From NCBI GenBank assembly GCA_951406725.2, contig OX597823.1:44888001-44952000 (forward strand): a stretch of 64,000 nucleotides of DNA. The letters are read 5' to 3'. Position 1 is the first letter of the stretch. Every line of letters begins with the position of its first letter. Source of the stretch: Octopus vulgaris. Taxonomy: Eukaryota. This document shows positions 10,863 through 25,292 of this stretch, one piece after another. The notes beneath the pieces are model-generated. The model was not told where the DNA came from, searched no databases, and worked only from the letters and a program-made list of their open reading frames with translations. The position numbers and the translations under genes were made by a program.

Positions 10863-13800
10863 ACACCTATTAAAAATTTGGTGTATTGATGTAATTTTCC
10901 ATGCTGAATCTCAGGAGATATTTCAATTTTTCCAGAAAATTTATTAAAAAAATTATAGATGTTTAAAGTTTGATCATTTTTACCCAGTTAGAAAAAAGGA
11001 TTTGGAAACTGTCATTTTGTGAGTTGTCAACTGTAAACAAATGAAATATTGGCAGAATTTTGCTTTATGCACACTATGTAACCCCTTATAACTTATTTTT
11101 TGGAATTTTCAGAAAATTTTTGTGAATTTGTATCCTACACATGGGGTTTCATACAATTATACAAAAACAAAAAAAAATTGGAGGTGTGTAATTTAAGGCC
11201 TGTTCAGCTGTTATTTTTTGTACATCTCATGACCACTTCAATGCGTAGAATATATTTGTCAACACATGTACTTCCTTGCAGACAAGAGTTCATGCTTGGC
11301 TCATTACTATGGAAACAGGCATGAATGTGTCTGTGGCATACTGGCTAAAGTTACCCAAAACTTGCAAACTTTAAAAGCTATTAACTCTTTATTTACTGAT
11401 TTGTGATGAAAATGAATTTTATGACAATGATTAGCATACAAAACAACACCATTACACCAAATATAAAGTCAATGGGAACAGAAACTGTAAAGTGGCAGCC
11501 AAACAGAAAAGATCCAATATCGTAACAGTTTGAAATGTAACCTCTTCAGATCTGCTTCCACTATGCAATCTAAAGTAAATCCTTGGTCATCTCTCCATAA
11601 TTAAATCCAGTCTTGTTGACTTATATAGTTAAACTGATCCTAAATTGCTTCCTCTTTCATTACTTGTACCATTAGAATCACTACAGATACCAAGCTGGAG
11701 TCCAGTTATGTTAATCTTTTTGCAAGCTATACTGACATACAGATTTTCACCTTGTTCACTGTGTTGGCACTATTTCACTTACCTCAGTTAAACTGAAGTG
11801 CTTTATCTCATCTGTCAACACTTCATGCATTAGAATTCATTTCCTACTCTATCCAGTACTTCTATCAACAATATCCACTTCCAGCTACTAATGCCATTGT
11901 TATTTCCCTTCTCTGTATCTACACAGAATACATTTATTAAAGATACACTGCACCTTATGTAGCTAAAAGTTAACATTCTGCAACATCTATTAGTAGCTTT
12001 CTCAGCATTGTTTACACCACAGTTCATATTATAACAATCACTGCAAATAACATAGCCACACTGCAACTGTAAGTAAGTGCTCTAGTTGACTATTTCTCAA
12101 AATTGAGCCTCCAAAAACCACACAAAATATGCACCTTCTACTTTCACCATGATTTTCATTGCTTCTTTCCATCATTGGTGATGTCCTTGTCAGAGCCAAA
12201 TGCACACACAGCACTCTTAAAACTTGATTCCAGATGTTTTTTGAACCCGTTTGTGAAGCAATTTAATTTCAATGATGTTAGAGAGCAAACTCTAAAAGGG
12301 TCCTTTTAGCACTTTTTCTCACATTTCTTTCTGGGATCTTTGGATGACTAGTCAGTCTTTACTATTAAGGCTAGTGACTAAAGGTAATTCAAAATGATTT
12401 CCTGTTGATGATAGGAAAATATCTAATTTGGTGCAATGCAGTTTTATTTCAAGTGTTGTTACCAACTCTAAGAGTATATGTTTTACCAATGAAATATTGT
12501 TTTCAGCTTGTAAAATCAAATTCCAGTTTGATATCTATGAAAATATCAGTTAACATATTTAAACAATATTGAAAAAAGTTGCTCTCTATCCCTTCTATGA
12601 ACCTGTCCAGACACAGAAGAGTTGCAATGACTGAGCAAACCAAGTGATATGAATCTGTGATCACTGTGGTACTGTACTGATCCCTACACACTGAAGCTTC
12701 CCTACCACCATTTGATTGAGATTAATAGAGAATAGGTTAAGATGGAGCTCCAAACTAACTAGATAATAATTTGGTTTGTTTGTTTCAGTGCTGAAATCAA
12801 ATTCTCTCGTACAAAGAAATATACTCAAAACATAGGCATAATCATATTTTACACAATATTTATCTATATTTTCAAATGGTTTTTCATTGTAAATTTATAA
12901 GGAAAAAATATCTTTATATAATGCTTTATTTACAAGTTTTACATACTCTCTCAAATATTTCAAAGTCAATCAATTAGAAATTTCAAACAAAATACTTTCT
13001 TACATATTTTGGGGAAAGGAAATAGGGAATTAGTGATGTCAATGCCTGTTCTATTAACTGGAAATAAAAATAATTGCAACAAAACTCTTTACACTGAAAA
13101 CTTAACACTGCATCAAGGCAGCAGTCTTTGATTTAGAAGGGTCCTAAAACAGATTTTTATTCAGTATTACTTTCCCTTCTTATTTAAGATTACATTCCAT
13201 AAAACCTTAATGGCTATAGCATTACTTCACAGGTGTTAAAAGTAAAACAGTTAAACACTGGAAGAACAGATTTGTCTGGTGAAATAAAGTGGGGTTGGGT
13301 TACATTCCTTTTTTTTAAGGAATCCCTGCTGGTTTAAATACTCTTTGTATTTCTTTGTTTCTACATTCCTACAAATTTTATATGATTTTTGAGTTTTCAA
13401 AGAAAAATAAATCTTAATTAAAAAACAAATCTTTGTAATGACTTTGCATTCCATTCTTCTTTCCCAAATATTCTACAGAAATTTTGTTTTAAACTACGAA
13501 ATATTTGACACCAGATTTGAACATAGTTAAAGTAAGAATGACAATATCTAAATAAGTCAGTTTTTCATTTTCAAATCGAGTCAGCTCATAGAGCTGGTGA
13601 GGAGGCAATTTTCATGCCTTTTTTCCCAAAGGCATCTTGTAAAATAACCATAAATGTTCACTCTATACACATTCACAGTGAATATCGAAGTAAAAAAAAA
13701 ACATCAATAAACAAACAAACAAATCCTATTTTAATATTAACATTCCTGCAACATCTAAATCCAATACTCCAGACTTTACCCCAGTCACTTAACTCAAACA

Positions 13801-15844
13801 AATCACAGCTATGGATATCAACAATTCAGTTAGCAACAAAAAAAATTTAGAAGTGTTACTATTAGTAATAAATTCTAAACAAATTCAAGGTACAATGTTA
13901 GAATTTCAATGTCATTTTCACTAAAATAAATCATAATCCAAGGTTTATTTCCACAAAGCATTTTTGATAATAAATTTCAAAGTAAAGACCAAGTCAACTT
14001 AAATGTTATTTAAACTCTTCTGACTAATCATAAAAACAAAATAAACTTTCCTAATCCAATGAATCTACATAAAAATAGGGACAAATTCTTTATAAATTTC
14101 TAAATACTGGTCTTTATATTTGGAAATATTTTATACATATAGAGCAGACATAAAATTGATTGTTTCCTTTTATCATCATCCAAGAGAATGTACAAATGAT
14201 TCCTTCTTCAGTATCCTGATAATCCCAACAATCTTTTGATTATACTAGAAAATACAATTTACACTGTATTACAGCTTGTATCAATTCACTAAATTTATAA
14301 CAGCTCAGTAACCTAGTTGTAAATAGATGCCATTTATAATCAAGACTGGAACCTTGAATAAATTGGTATATTGAGAGCAATGATCTTTGTAGAGCTGTAT
14401 TTGCCTTAGTTAGGCTGTATAATTACAGAAAAGTATTGTTTCCTTACAACTCTAGTGTTACTTGTATATATTGCATTCACCAAAAATATCTTCAGTGATC
14501 CTGGAACACAGAACCACAAACTGCCAATAGTTATTCTGAATGTAGCCCTTTTACATTAGAGCTTCATTCTGTTACAAAAATGGTTGTGACAAAACAACCC
14601 TGTGCTTAGTTCTTAAAGGAAAACAATTATTTGCAACTTTTCCTGAGAAAATCCAGACAGGTTGATGAAAAAGAGTGTTGTTTTAAGCATTCCTAAAATT
14701 ATTATGTAATAAGAGGATGATGAATTTAATTTTACTCAAAACTAACTATTCCACATAACAATGGTAATAAGAAATTGGATAGTGTAGTTCCACTCCAGAG
14801 CAGACCTATGATCAAAACATTACAGTTATAATCAGTGTTATTTTTTAACTATTTTCTCCTATGTGTTTAACTTCTAAAGATAAGGCGTGGGGAATGGCTA
14901 CTATTTCTATCAGTGAAGCAACCACATAGAAATCTCAATTGGTCCAGATTTAGATAATGTTCCTCTAAAACTATGCACATCAACCAGGTTAATTTGCAGG
15001 GAGACATCAATTGTTCCTATCTCTGAACTTATTCATCAATTGTTTACATAACAAAAAATTGTCACCCTAGAAGGTTGCAGTTTATATTGAATAACTCGAG
15101 CCTTGAACATGATTCTATCTCATTAAAACCAAATCCTAATGAGCAGATGAACTAGAAGGGTCATGGTACTACACTTGAATGGTTTATAAAATCAGATATT
15201 TGTAGTAACTATCCAAACATTAGATGGCAGACTAATCATCATTATTTAACTTCTACCTTCCGTGAGACAAATATATAAATATTCTTGAAGCAATAGTGTC
15301 ACTGATGACAGTTTAGTGGGGTTGTTGTTTAGTCTTGATTAAAAACATTTAAAGTTAGGGCTATTCAGCAATAGCATACCCTGGACTACATAGTCCTTTT
15401 TTTAACACAATAACAGTTTGAGGAAGAACTGGAGCAGGTCACACCACTGTTTAGGAGTTCAGTGGGTCAATTAGTGTATTGTACTTCGCTTAAAGAAAAT
15501 CTTTTTAATTAACCAGAGAAAGAAACAGCATCCGTCAGTAGTCTGAATGCCATCACACTTAAATACACTTATGTGTATGAAAATGATTTTTTATGAATAG
15601 CAATACAAGAAATAAGTTTATTTTAATGTAAAATATATATGCAACATTGCCAGTAAAGATTTCTTAGAAGTTTCTCTCTCATTCAAGTAATGTTTACAAA
15701 TATGAAGTTATATGGGTTTTGGGAAAAAGCAATGGAGATACCTAAACTGTAACTTGAAAATCACATCTTGAGCTCTAACTGCTTCTTGAAAAATAAGCAA
15801 AGCTATTTTGATTTTTAAAAGAAAATTGCAAATTGTATATATGC

Positions 15845-16195
15845 TTTCTTTTGATTCATTCATTGGACTATGGTCATGCTGGGACACCAGCTTGAAGGAT
15901 TTTAGTCAATCATATAGCCCCCAGTACTTTATTTTAATTTGGTACTTATTCTAATGGGCTGTTTTTGCTGAACCACAAAGTTGTGGGGATGTAAACAAAC
16001 CAACATTGGTTGTTGGGCTCTGAGACACAAATATACATATATATTTACAATGGGCTTTCACAGGATTTCTGTTTACCAAATTCACTCAGAAGGCATTAAC
16101 TGGCTCAGGGCTGTAAGTAGAAGACACCCACACAATGGGACTGAGCCAAAACAAGTTACAAAACAAACTTATCAATCGCACAACCAAGCCTGCAC
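15845..16195 (-). mobile_element. SINE family A, diverged copy
   Basis: Diverged similarity to 3410-3813. Confidence 0.65.
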
Positions 16196-16553
16196 CTATG
16201 CTGTTTATTCTCTTCACACATCAATGCATTTGACTGTCAAGATGTGCCTAACAGATGAAATGGCTTAAGATCGAGAAGAGAAGCGATATGTAGTACTGAA
16301 GAGCAGTCCAATTCATACAAGCATAGAAAAAAATGGACATTAAAATAATCATTTTGGGTTGCATTTTGTAAACGATATGTAGAATTGATAATATATGTGT
16401 AAGTAAATAATTTAATCCATACCATGTTTCCACAAATATATCCAAGTAGATATTCTCATCAGCAGATGTGAATCTTTTATTTCTACTTTGCATCTATTGA
16501 AGATCAGTAAGAGTAGCCGAAATATTTATAAGGGTAAGATACAATTGTATGGT

Positions 16554-16782
16554 TTAACCTTTTAGCATTTAAACTGGCCATATCTGGCCCAAATAGTCTA
16601 TGTTCACATTCATACTGGCCATCGAAGCCTCTTGTATCTACCCTACACTGACATTCTAAGAATAAACAACTACATCACTGAAACTTCAAAGCTATAAGAT
16701 AATGCATGATTAATTTTAAACATTTTGAATTAAAAAAAAAAACATTACATTTGACAGAAAAATGTGAATGCTAAAGGTTTAA
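16554..16782. mobile_element. TTAA-flanked MITE, second family
   Basis: TTAAccttttagcatt...aatgctaaaggtTTAA. Homologous copies at 22839-23064, about 4700-4864, and about 17305-17670 (inverted). Confidence 0.75.
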
Positions 16783-17407
16783 CTAAATTTAAATGTACAT
16801 AAAATCTCATGCTTAGAATTGAGTTCATAAAATTTCATATTTATAAACTTAATTTCATTTGTCCTATCAGCTGAAAGAAAGAGTAAACTTTGTGGGGGGG
16901 GGGGGCACAGCTGTCTCAGAATAAGTTGGAAATGAAAAGAAATGCTGTTTCATAACTGTTTTTAAGAGAAAATAATGGTAGACAACTGTGACATCTTCAG
17001 ATTTTACATTGCTTGATATCATTACAACTGAAAAATATATATTAGTCAATTATTTTCTCTTCTACGATTCAAAAGAGTTAAAATCAGAACGCAGTTTTGT
17101 ATTGATGTGGAACTTCTACCACAGAGAAGTTCTCACACAAACATGAATGAAACCCAACTTTTTTTTTTAATATTTTTCCTTTAAAAAAAGTAGAATAAAA
17201 GGAGATGGTGGAATTGAAAATGATGACATTCATACTAATCCTAAGAGGATCAGAAACAGTAAAATTAGGTAGCTCCAGACAAGGAATTGAAACCCTCACT
17301 GACTGATTACTCTGTCAAATGTAATGCTTATTTCTTCACATTGATATGAACTAGTCATGCATTATCTCAAAGCTTTGAGATTTCAATGACATGATTGTTT
17401 ATTTGTA

Positions 17408-17602
17408 GAATATTTATTTCTTTATTGCCCACAGGGGGCTAAACATAGAGGAGGCAAAGGGATTAAGTCGATTACATCAACCCCAGTGCGTAACTGGTAC
17501 CTATTTAATCAACCCCGAAAGGATGAAAGGCAAAGTTGACCTTGGTGGAATTTGAACTCAGGATGTAACGGCAGACGAAATACCGCTAAGCATTTCGCCA
17601 GG
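17408..17602 (-). mobile_element. SINE family B copy nested in a TTAA MITE
   Basis: Reverse complement of 9283-9512, interrupting the MITE copy at about 17305-17670. Confidence 0.75.
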
Positions 17603-19345
17603 CCAGTCAGAAGATAAAACAGGTAGATTATTTTGGCTGGATATGGCCAGTTTAAATGCTAAAGGGTTAACTCATCACCTAACAGTAATACTCACCAATA
17701 GTTAATTATAAAGACGATGATGACATGTATTTTTCGTTTTTACTGAACTCAAGGTTTAGTTTTGTAAAGAAGGAATGAAATCAAGTGAGTCCACTTAAGT
17801 GTATTACTGACGAGGGATGCTAGCACAAATTGTCCAGCAGGATATGAAAATTTAGAATAACAAGAGACAAACTAAAGCTTATGATCCATTCAGCCTTACC
17901 ATGTATTTTTTTTTTCCATTACTGATAGCAATGATTTCTTTAAGTACTCAAAGCTATTCATCGTCATCACTATTACCATGTGTATTAAGAAGGGAGCAGG
18001 GATACAATAACAACAAAAACAATAAGAAATCAAAGTTTCATTCAGTCTATAATTCATTCGAAATTTGAAATTCAATAAAACAAATTAATCGGGGTTGGTT
18101 TTTACATATTAAAAACAAGAATAAACAAAAACAAAAGCAATAATAAAAGATACTACTTTCAGTCTTTCTTCTTCTGAAGGTATGTTGCATAATTTATTAT
18201 TTTCTTTTCTTTCTCAAACAAATTGAACTAACCAATCAGATTTACATTGGAACATGTCTATAGCTTTAGTAAATGGTTTCATTTACTTTGTTGGTATTTT
18301 TTTTTTTTTTTCAAGTATTATAGTTTTTATATTTAAGTGTTTGAAAGTAAAATTTAACAGAAAAGAGAAAGATGATTAATGATGGTGATGATGAAAATTA
18401 TGATTAAACTAAAATAGTTAAATTAGAAACAAGTCTTTTGGAAACTGCAAATATTTCACATATGTTTGTGTTCGTACATGTGTATCGATATATGACACCA
18501 TGCATGTATGTGTGTATGTGTGTGTGTGCAGAAAATCTAAGGATGTTTGTAATGAAGAGTAAATAATAGGCCCCAAGACATACAAAGTTTTTGTTAGCTT
18601 AATTAGTACGTTGATAAGTGTTTTATTTTCTGTTTTTCGTTTTTTTTCCCTCCTTTCACTTTATACCGACCAGTGTCTTTGAGATTAAAAGAAGAACCAA
18701 AAATCAATAATAATAATGGTATTAATAAAATATAAACAAAACCAAATTTTGTCTGTTTGATTTATAAATCTGTTTACAAGAGATTCACATTGGACCATAA
18801 CAGGTGCTGGAATGTTGCAGGCCACACTTCAATCTTCTAGATCAGCCAACATTTTCAGCTTCCAGACTTCTGAACTTCTGAAAGTCCTCGAAGAATGGAC
18901 AGCAGTGAACAGGCGTCATATCCCAAACACAGACACTAGAACTGAGTGGTGCTTTGTCGTTTTAGTTACAGAAATGTGAATGTGGGGGGGAGGTATTATC
19001 AATGGTTGGGAGTTTCTTCTGCAGCCCAGTGCAGGCAGTGGCTGCGCTACAAATTGTTGTTGTTACTACTGGTGTTGCTGTTAAAAGTTTAGTGTATTCA
19101 GAATATGCATAGAATCACCAAAATCAGGCAGGAACAAATAACCACTTTTTGTGTGTTTATTATTTGTCCTTTTTTTTTCCATTTTGTTTTTTCTTCTTTT
19201 CTTTTCATGTTGATGTTGTTGTTGTAGAGTAGCTCAGACACTTGTTTGATTTCGGCCATATACCGACCATTCCTATCCATACCCACCCACCTCAAAAAAA
19301 AAAAAAAAAAAGAAAAACCACAATGCCAGCAACAATCCCACTTCA

Positions 19346-19422
19346 TCAGAGTATAAAAAATAGAGCTATGATAATCACCATTATAACTATCAACACAACA
19401 ATTGCACACCATTGGCGTCGGT
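19346..19422 (-). CDS. STX6: Syntaxin-6 last coding exon (C-terminal transmembrane anchor)
   Basis: Acceptor actttcAG. Translates (D)RRQWCAIVVLIVIMVIIIALFFIL*, with TGA at 19348-19346 followed immediately by a second TGA. Confidence 0.92.
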
Positions 19423-19898
19423 CTGAAAGTCAAATAAAGAAAAAATAATGAGTAAATAAATTCAAGCATTATGTACAAGGAATAAGGAAGAAAAGCTAAT
19501 AGTGATGTATGAGAGAATAAGTTATTGAATCTATTCATAGATCCTGTGAACAAATTCATATGAAGCATATCATTTGCTTTTGAAACAGGACATTTTCTTC
19601 TATATCACCTTAGTTCATTTTAGCTATCGTAAACTAATACCACAAAGGATCATAAAATTGATTTTATCGCCCCAGTGAAATAAATGAAATACCCTTAATT
19701 TAATTCTCAGATATTGTGATACAGTCAAGAGCAACGTACGTCAGTCGATGCTGCATAAATAATTCCACTTTAAATTACATCTCTAATCCACTACAATGGC
19801 TCCCCATTGATTCAATCATGATAAATACATCTGTTGCAAGTAATTTCACTGATCATTCACATGGTAAAAAATCATGTTCATCAAATGCACATCACTAA

Positions 19899-21200
19899 AT
19901 CATCATCATCATCATCATTTAAGATCCATTCTCCATGCTGGCATGGGTTGCATGGATTAACAGGAGCTGGTCAGCTAGGGAGCTGTTTGGGCTTCATTTG
20001 TCAGTTTTGGCACGGTTTCTACAGCTGGATGCCCTTCCTAACATCAACCATTTTACAGAATGTACTGGGTGCTTTAAATGTGGTGCTGGCAGAGGCATTT
20101 ACATGTCATGGGTGCTTTTATGTGGCACCAGCACCCATGACTTCACAAGACTTGATATGTCGTCTCAAGCACAGCAAACTGCTATCTGTCATCTTTTCTG
20201 TGAGGCCCAATGTCTGAAGATCCTTTCGTATCACTTTGTCCTATGTCTTCCTAAGTCTACCCCTTCCACACATTTCATCCACAGAGATTGCCACTTGATA
20301 ACCATACCAGTGCAGTCTTCTATTTTGCACACTACATCTTATGCCTCATATACCCAATTTTTCTCTCAAATCACACTGTTGTGCATGCACGCTGACACTC
20401 CCATCCAGCAGATCATGCTGGCTTCATTTCTTTCAAGCCTTTGCATGGCCTCAGTAGTTACAGCCCATGTCTCACTGCCATGTAGCATAGTTATTTGTAC
20501 ACAAGCATCATACAATCAGCGTTTCACTCTGAGACAGAGGCCCTTTGTTATGAACAAAGGAAGTAGCTCTCTGAATTTTGACCAGCCCATTCATATTCTA
20601 GCAGCTATACTTTCAGAACTATCTCCTCCATTACTAACTTGGTTGCCTAGGTAATGGAAACTATCTACTACTTCTAAGGATCCACCTGGACATTTGTGAG
20701 AGTCTATTTTCTGTACATTCCTGGTGTTTAATGTACCTGCACATCTGCCACATACAATGACTACTTTCTCTGTTAACCTTCCTGTGATACTGTTGCACCT
20801 TCTAGGTGTCAAACAGCTTGCATTGGGTCAACTGTATGGAGTTTCTACCAACACCTTTTCTACATATCAAGTAGGCTCATCTCCTTGGAGGGATCTGTGA
20901 TTTGTCCATTTTCCTTCTTACTGGGACTTTGGCATTTGCTAAATTAACTCTATGGCCCTTTGATTCCTGACCTTGCTTCTACACCTGGATTCTGCAATAA
21001 GAACAAGGTCATCAGTGTAGAGGAGCTCCCAAGGGCAGACTACCTTAAATTCCTCTGTTATGGTCTGGGGACTATGATAAACAAGAGGGTACTGAGAACC
21101 AATCTTTTGTAACCTCCTGTCTGTACACTAAATTCCTTGCTATACTCATTGCCAACTTTCACCTTACTGACAGCATCCCTAAATTCATTGTCACACCTGA
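19899..21200 (-). mobile_element. 5'-truncated decayed RTE-clade LINE with (GAT)n tail
   Basis: Remnant ORFs (VKVGNEYSKEFSVQTG..LSTLLFIIV; LEVVDSFHYLG) and a (CAT)n run at 19899-19918 on the + strand. Confidence 0.8.
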
Positions 21201-22507
21201 CAGACACAGTAATGATGCTAGGGGTCAGAATCATTGAAAGGAGATAAGTCACAGAAGAATTTATTGTTATGTCTAAGAGAATTATATTAGAGTATTAGTA
21301 ATAAAAGATAATTAATAATATTTAGGGAATCATATTGGTTATTTCTCTTTCTGTCTGTGCATAATTATTACAATTAATGTTTTCCATGTAGATGGCATCT
21401 GAATAATTAAACCTCAGTGATTAATTATTTTAAATATATTTAAAGACACATTTCTTTTCTTCATCTCATTCTTCTTCAACTGAAAAACTTTACCCAACAT
21501 AATTTTTTCTTTGTTGTAATGTTCTAAGATACTTCAATTTCCGCAGAGTTAATTTTGCCTTCCTAATGTCAACCACTCCGTGAGTTGTAGTGGGTGCTTT
21601 TTATATGCCACTGGCATCAACCACATTTGGATGGTGCTTTTTTATGTGCTACTGGCACAAGAGCCAGTGGGGGGGGGGGAGACTGGCATCGACCATGTTT
21701 GAATGGTGCTTTTCACATGTCACCAGCACAGGGAGCCAGTCAGGCAGCACTGGAATCGACCCACGCTTGAATGGTGCTTATTACGTGCCACCAGCATGAG
21801 TGCCAGTCAGGTGGCACTGGCATTGGCCACAACTATAATTTCCATTTTGATTTGCTTTTGATTTTGGTTTTTGATTTTACTTCACTCAATAGGTCTTTTT
21901 ATGTGCAGCGTATCGCCTGACGATTCAAGGGTATTTTTAAATGGGCTGGTTATGCAACACTGGTATAGGCTACAGCTGTGATTTCACTTTACTTGCTGGT
22001 TCTTCTCAATCACAACATAGTTAAAAATATAAATCAGCATTTAATGTCCATGTTCCATATTGGCATGGGTTGGGCAGTATGACAGGATTCAATGGGCTCA
22101 AGGACTGCATCATGCTCCAATATCTGCTTCAGCATGGTTCCTGCAGCTGGATGCCCTTCCTAATACCAACCACTTCACAAAGTAGACTAGGTGCTTTTTT
22201 TATGACACTAATACTACCGAGGTTGTTTAAAAGGAAATAATAAATAGATAATTAAAATAAAATGTAGGAAGATTCTATTTAAAGGGTGTGAGATTTGACA
22301 AAAGAAAGGAATGTAAAAGCAAATATGAAATTTAATAACCTAAAACAGGAGCTTGTAATAAAAACAATCCAGTTATGGAAGGCATGATAATCAATGATGT
22401 GCAAAGCCAATATCTTAGAAATGGTAAAAGAAATTGTTTATATGATCAGAATGAAATTGATACTGAAGAGGAACAGGTAGATGAAGATAAGAAGAAGAAA
22501 AACAAAC

Positions 22508-22602
22508 CATTTGACATGTGTAACACTTTTGCCATTTTCTTCATCACACTGTCTAATCTAGAATCAGCACTTTCCAAATCTTTGTGAAAGTCTCTTAACA
22601 TT
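22508..22602 (-). CDS. STX6: Syntaxin-6 exon 7 (SNARE motif, second half), 95 bp
   Basis: Acceptor ctttgcAG and donor G|GTTTGT. Translates MLRDFHKDLESADSRLDSVMKKMAKVLHMSN, and phases match the neighbouring exons. Confidence 0.92.
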
Positions 22603-22838
22603 CTGCAAAGAAAAACATGTAAATATAGCAACAACAAAGGAACATAGGCACAGCAACACATACAACATTATGTACATAGAATAATACTACAAGTATGACA
22701 AAGTAAATAATCACTAGAGCTATCAAAATCAGTCATTTCCATTGATAGAGTGTGCCACAGGGGACACACATCGAGGACATGCTTACCATGGTAGAAGTGG
22801 TTTTCAAAGAAGCACTGATTTTTTTGTTGATTGAGATA

Positions 22839-23064
22839 TTAACCTTTTAGAATTTAAACTGGCCATATTTGGCCCAAATATTCTACCTGTTTTATGTTCA
22901 TACTAGCTAGATCCAGCCTCTCACACTTGCTCAACAATGTTATTCTAAAAATAAAGAGTCACATCACTGACATCTTGAAGCTATAAGATAATGCATGATT
23001 AATTCAAACTTATGTGAATAAATAGGCAGTACATTTGACAGTAATGTGACTGCCAAAGGGTTAA
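22839..23064. mobile_element. TTAA-flanked MITE, second family
   Basis: TTAAccttttagaatt...tgccaaagggTTAA, colinear with 16554-16782. Confidence 0.75.
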
Positions 23065-23226
23065 ACAAAAATAGAAGCATTCCTTGGCTGAACAATTCAT
23101 TACCAATTCCCAAGACCACCACACAAAACAAATTTTGTTAACAAAACAAAATTGACCAGAAGGCTTCATGTTTTAATCACAATGGGGTCATAATATTTTT
23201 TATATAGGCACAGGCATGGCATATAG

Positions 23227-23381
23227 ATGCAGGTGTGGTTGTGTGGTAAGAAGTTTGCTTCTCAACCACATGGTTTTGGGTTCAGTTCCACTGCATGGTA
23301 CGTTGGGCAAGTGTCTTCTATTGTAGCCTCAGGCCAACCAAAGCCTTGTGAACAGATTTGGGAGATGGAAACTGAAAGAAG
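23227..23381 (+). mobile_element. SINE family A, 5' half
   Basis: gcaggtgtggttgtgtggtaag...gggttcagttccactg...gaaactgaaagaag is the family A head in + orientation. Confidence 0.75.
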
Positions 23382-23388
23382 TCATATC

Positions 23389-23421
<33 letters not shown>

Positions 23422-23964
23422 ACTAACATAAAGACTGAGAAAAATGCTCAAAATAACTTAGATATGTACTTGACATAGCAACAACACTTTTAAAAGACAA
23501 TAATTGATAATTAATAAAAATCAAAATGCCCATATAAACACCAAATTAACAGCATTAGAAATTGGAACACAAGGCACTACTTCAGTTCTGGGCTATCAAC
23601 TATCTAAGTGTATCCTAAGAAGTCTAAAGTTTCGCAAACACTTACTCCACAAACATTGTCTGTCTTCAGTTACTATAAAAACTGTGAATACTGCACAAGA
23701 ATTAATCAAATGCAAAGGGTCCATAGTGTTAGTTGTATTTCAGAGGCCTACTCAAGCAGAATTAACCAGGACTAGTCAACAACATCAGCATGGCTTAAAG
23801 CTGTATAAAAATACCAGCAACAATGCATCATACAGAGATATATTTAAAATGTCTTTCTATGACAGGGACATAGCCATTACATAATTTCAGCAAAAGTAAT
23901 AATGTCAGAGGGACAGATGCAAAATACAGATATAAACTATGATATTGTATTTTTGAAAACTTAC

Positions 23965-24071
23965 ACATTTTGGTCATCCAGTTCATTGCCGATTTGGTGA
24001 CTCATATTTTTCAGAACGCCGACACTGGCACCTATCATGTCCAGTTGGTCATCTTGATTGTTAATCAACAT
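23965..24071 (-). CDS. STX6: Syntaxin-6 exon 6 (Qc-SNARE motif, first half), 107 bp
   Basis: Acceptor tctttatAG and donor GT|GTAAGT. Translates MLINNQDDQLDMIGASVGVLKNMSHQIGNELDDQN(V). Confidence 0.92.
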
Positions 24072-24914
24072 CTATAAAGAGGAAAATACAATTTTACAAC
24101 TGATGTAAAACAAAGTAACTGAGATAAATCATTCTAAATTATCAAAAATAATGCGTATAAGAAGACTTCATCTGATCAATATCTTGTAGCTGGTATCACA
24201 TATAGTATAATCCACCATGTACTATCACCTTCAGCTTCTCAGATAACCAGCCAAATATCTCTAAATTACAACTTCCTTTAAAAAAGAAAAGACACATTGG
24301 ATAATGCAGGAAACTATACATAAAAAATACAACATGGTCATGTTGCAATGTCAATGATCATAGGTTAAAGGTTAACTTGATAAAGACTGGCATGGAGTTA
24401 AACAAAAACAGCCAGAAAATTTCTAAAAATTACTGAAGAAAGCAGCAGAACTTACTGAAACTCTGAGAGCAAATCTTGATGAGAAATGTGAGTGGATGAC
24501 AAAGAAATGGTAATAATATTTTGCCATGTTTGTCTTTAAAACTGGCTTTTAAAATATGTTATGTGTTGCAATTTCACTAGTTTTATACTATTTAGATCAA
24601 TGTGAATGTATGTCTATGTGGGTTTATGGTGGAGATTTTGCACCCACTTCTGAGCAAGTCTAGATTTGCATGTGTAGTAGTTGCATGTGTACTCATGTAT
24701 GCACAAAAGTAAATGTTTTTTATATTATTTAATGATGATCTTAATCAGAGGAGGAGGGGTAGTACCCTCAATTCTTTTCAAGGCTCCTGAACTTGGTTGG
24801 AGAAAGGGAGGAAGTTATCCAAAAGCCAAAGATCTGATCTGAATGTTTGTCACAGAGTCGACTCCATAAAGGTACTCAAATGCCAAGTGGTAGTGTTATC
24901 TTTTTGATCTTCCA

Positions 24915-25292
24915 TCTTTTACGTGTTTCAGTCATTAAACTGTGGCCATGCTGGGACACTGCCTCGAAGAATTTTAGTTGAGCAAATCAATCCCAGTACT
25001 TTTTTTTTTTAAGCCTGATACTGATTCTATTGGCTGTATTTTTGGTGCACAGCTAAGTTATGGGGACATAAACACTCCAACACCAGTTGTCAAGCAGTGG
25101 TGAGGGACACACACAGACACAAAGAAACACACACACACACACACATATATATGAAGGGTTTCTTTCAATTTTACAAGGCTTTGCTCAGCCTGTGGCTCTA
25201 GTAAAATACACTTTCCTGGGTGCCGTGCTGTGAGACTGAACCTGGAACTATGTGCTTGAGAAGCAAACTTCTTACAACACAGCCATACTTGT
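24915..25292 (-). mobile_element. SINE family A copy
   Basis: Colinear with 3410-3813. Confidence 0.75.

Noticed and set aside
19343-19348. Tandem TGA-TGA stop of STX6 next to a selenocysteine machinery gene, suggesting Sec readthrough
   Set aside because: The stop is at the normal syntaxin-6 C-terminus, no SECIS element was recognised, and gene adjacency implies nothing here.
19935-20654. 239-aa ORF on the + strand
   Set aside because: It is antisense to a decayed RTE LINE and has no recognisable protein motifs.
21590-21830. Short repeated units resembling a CRISPR-like repeat-spacer array
   Set aside because: The context is eukaryotic, the units are diverged tandem modules of a retroelement tail, and there are no unique spacers or cas genes.
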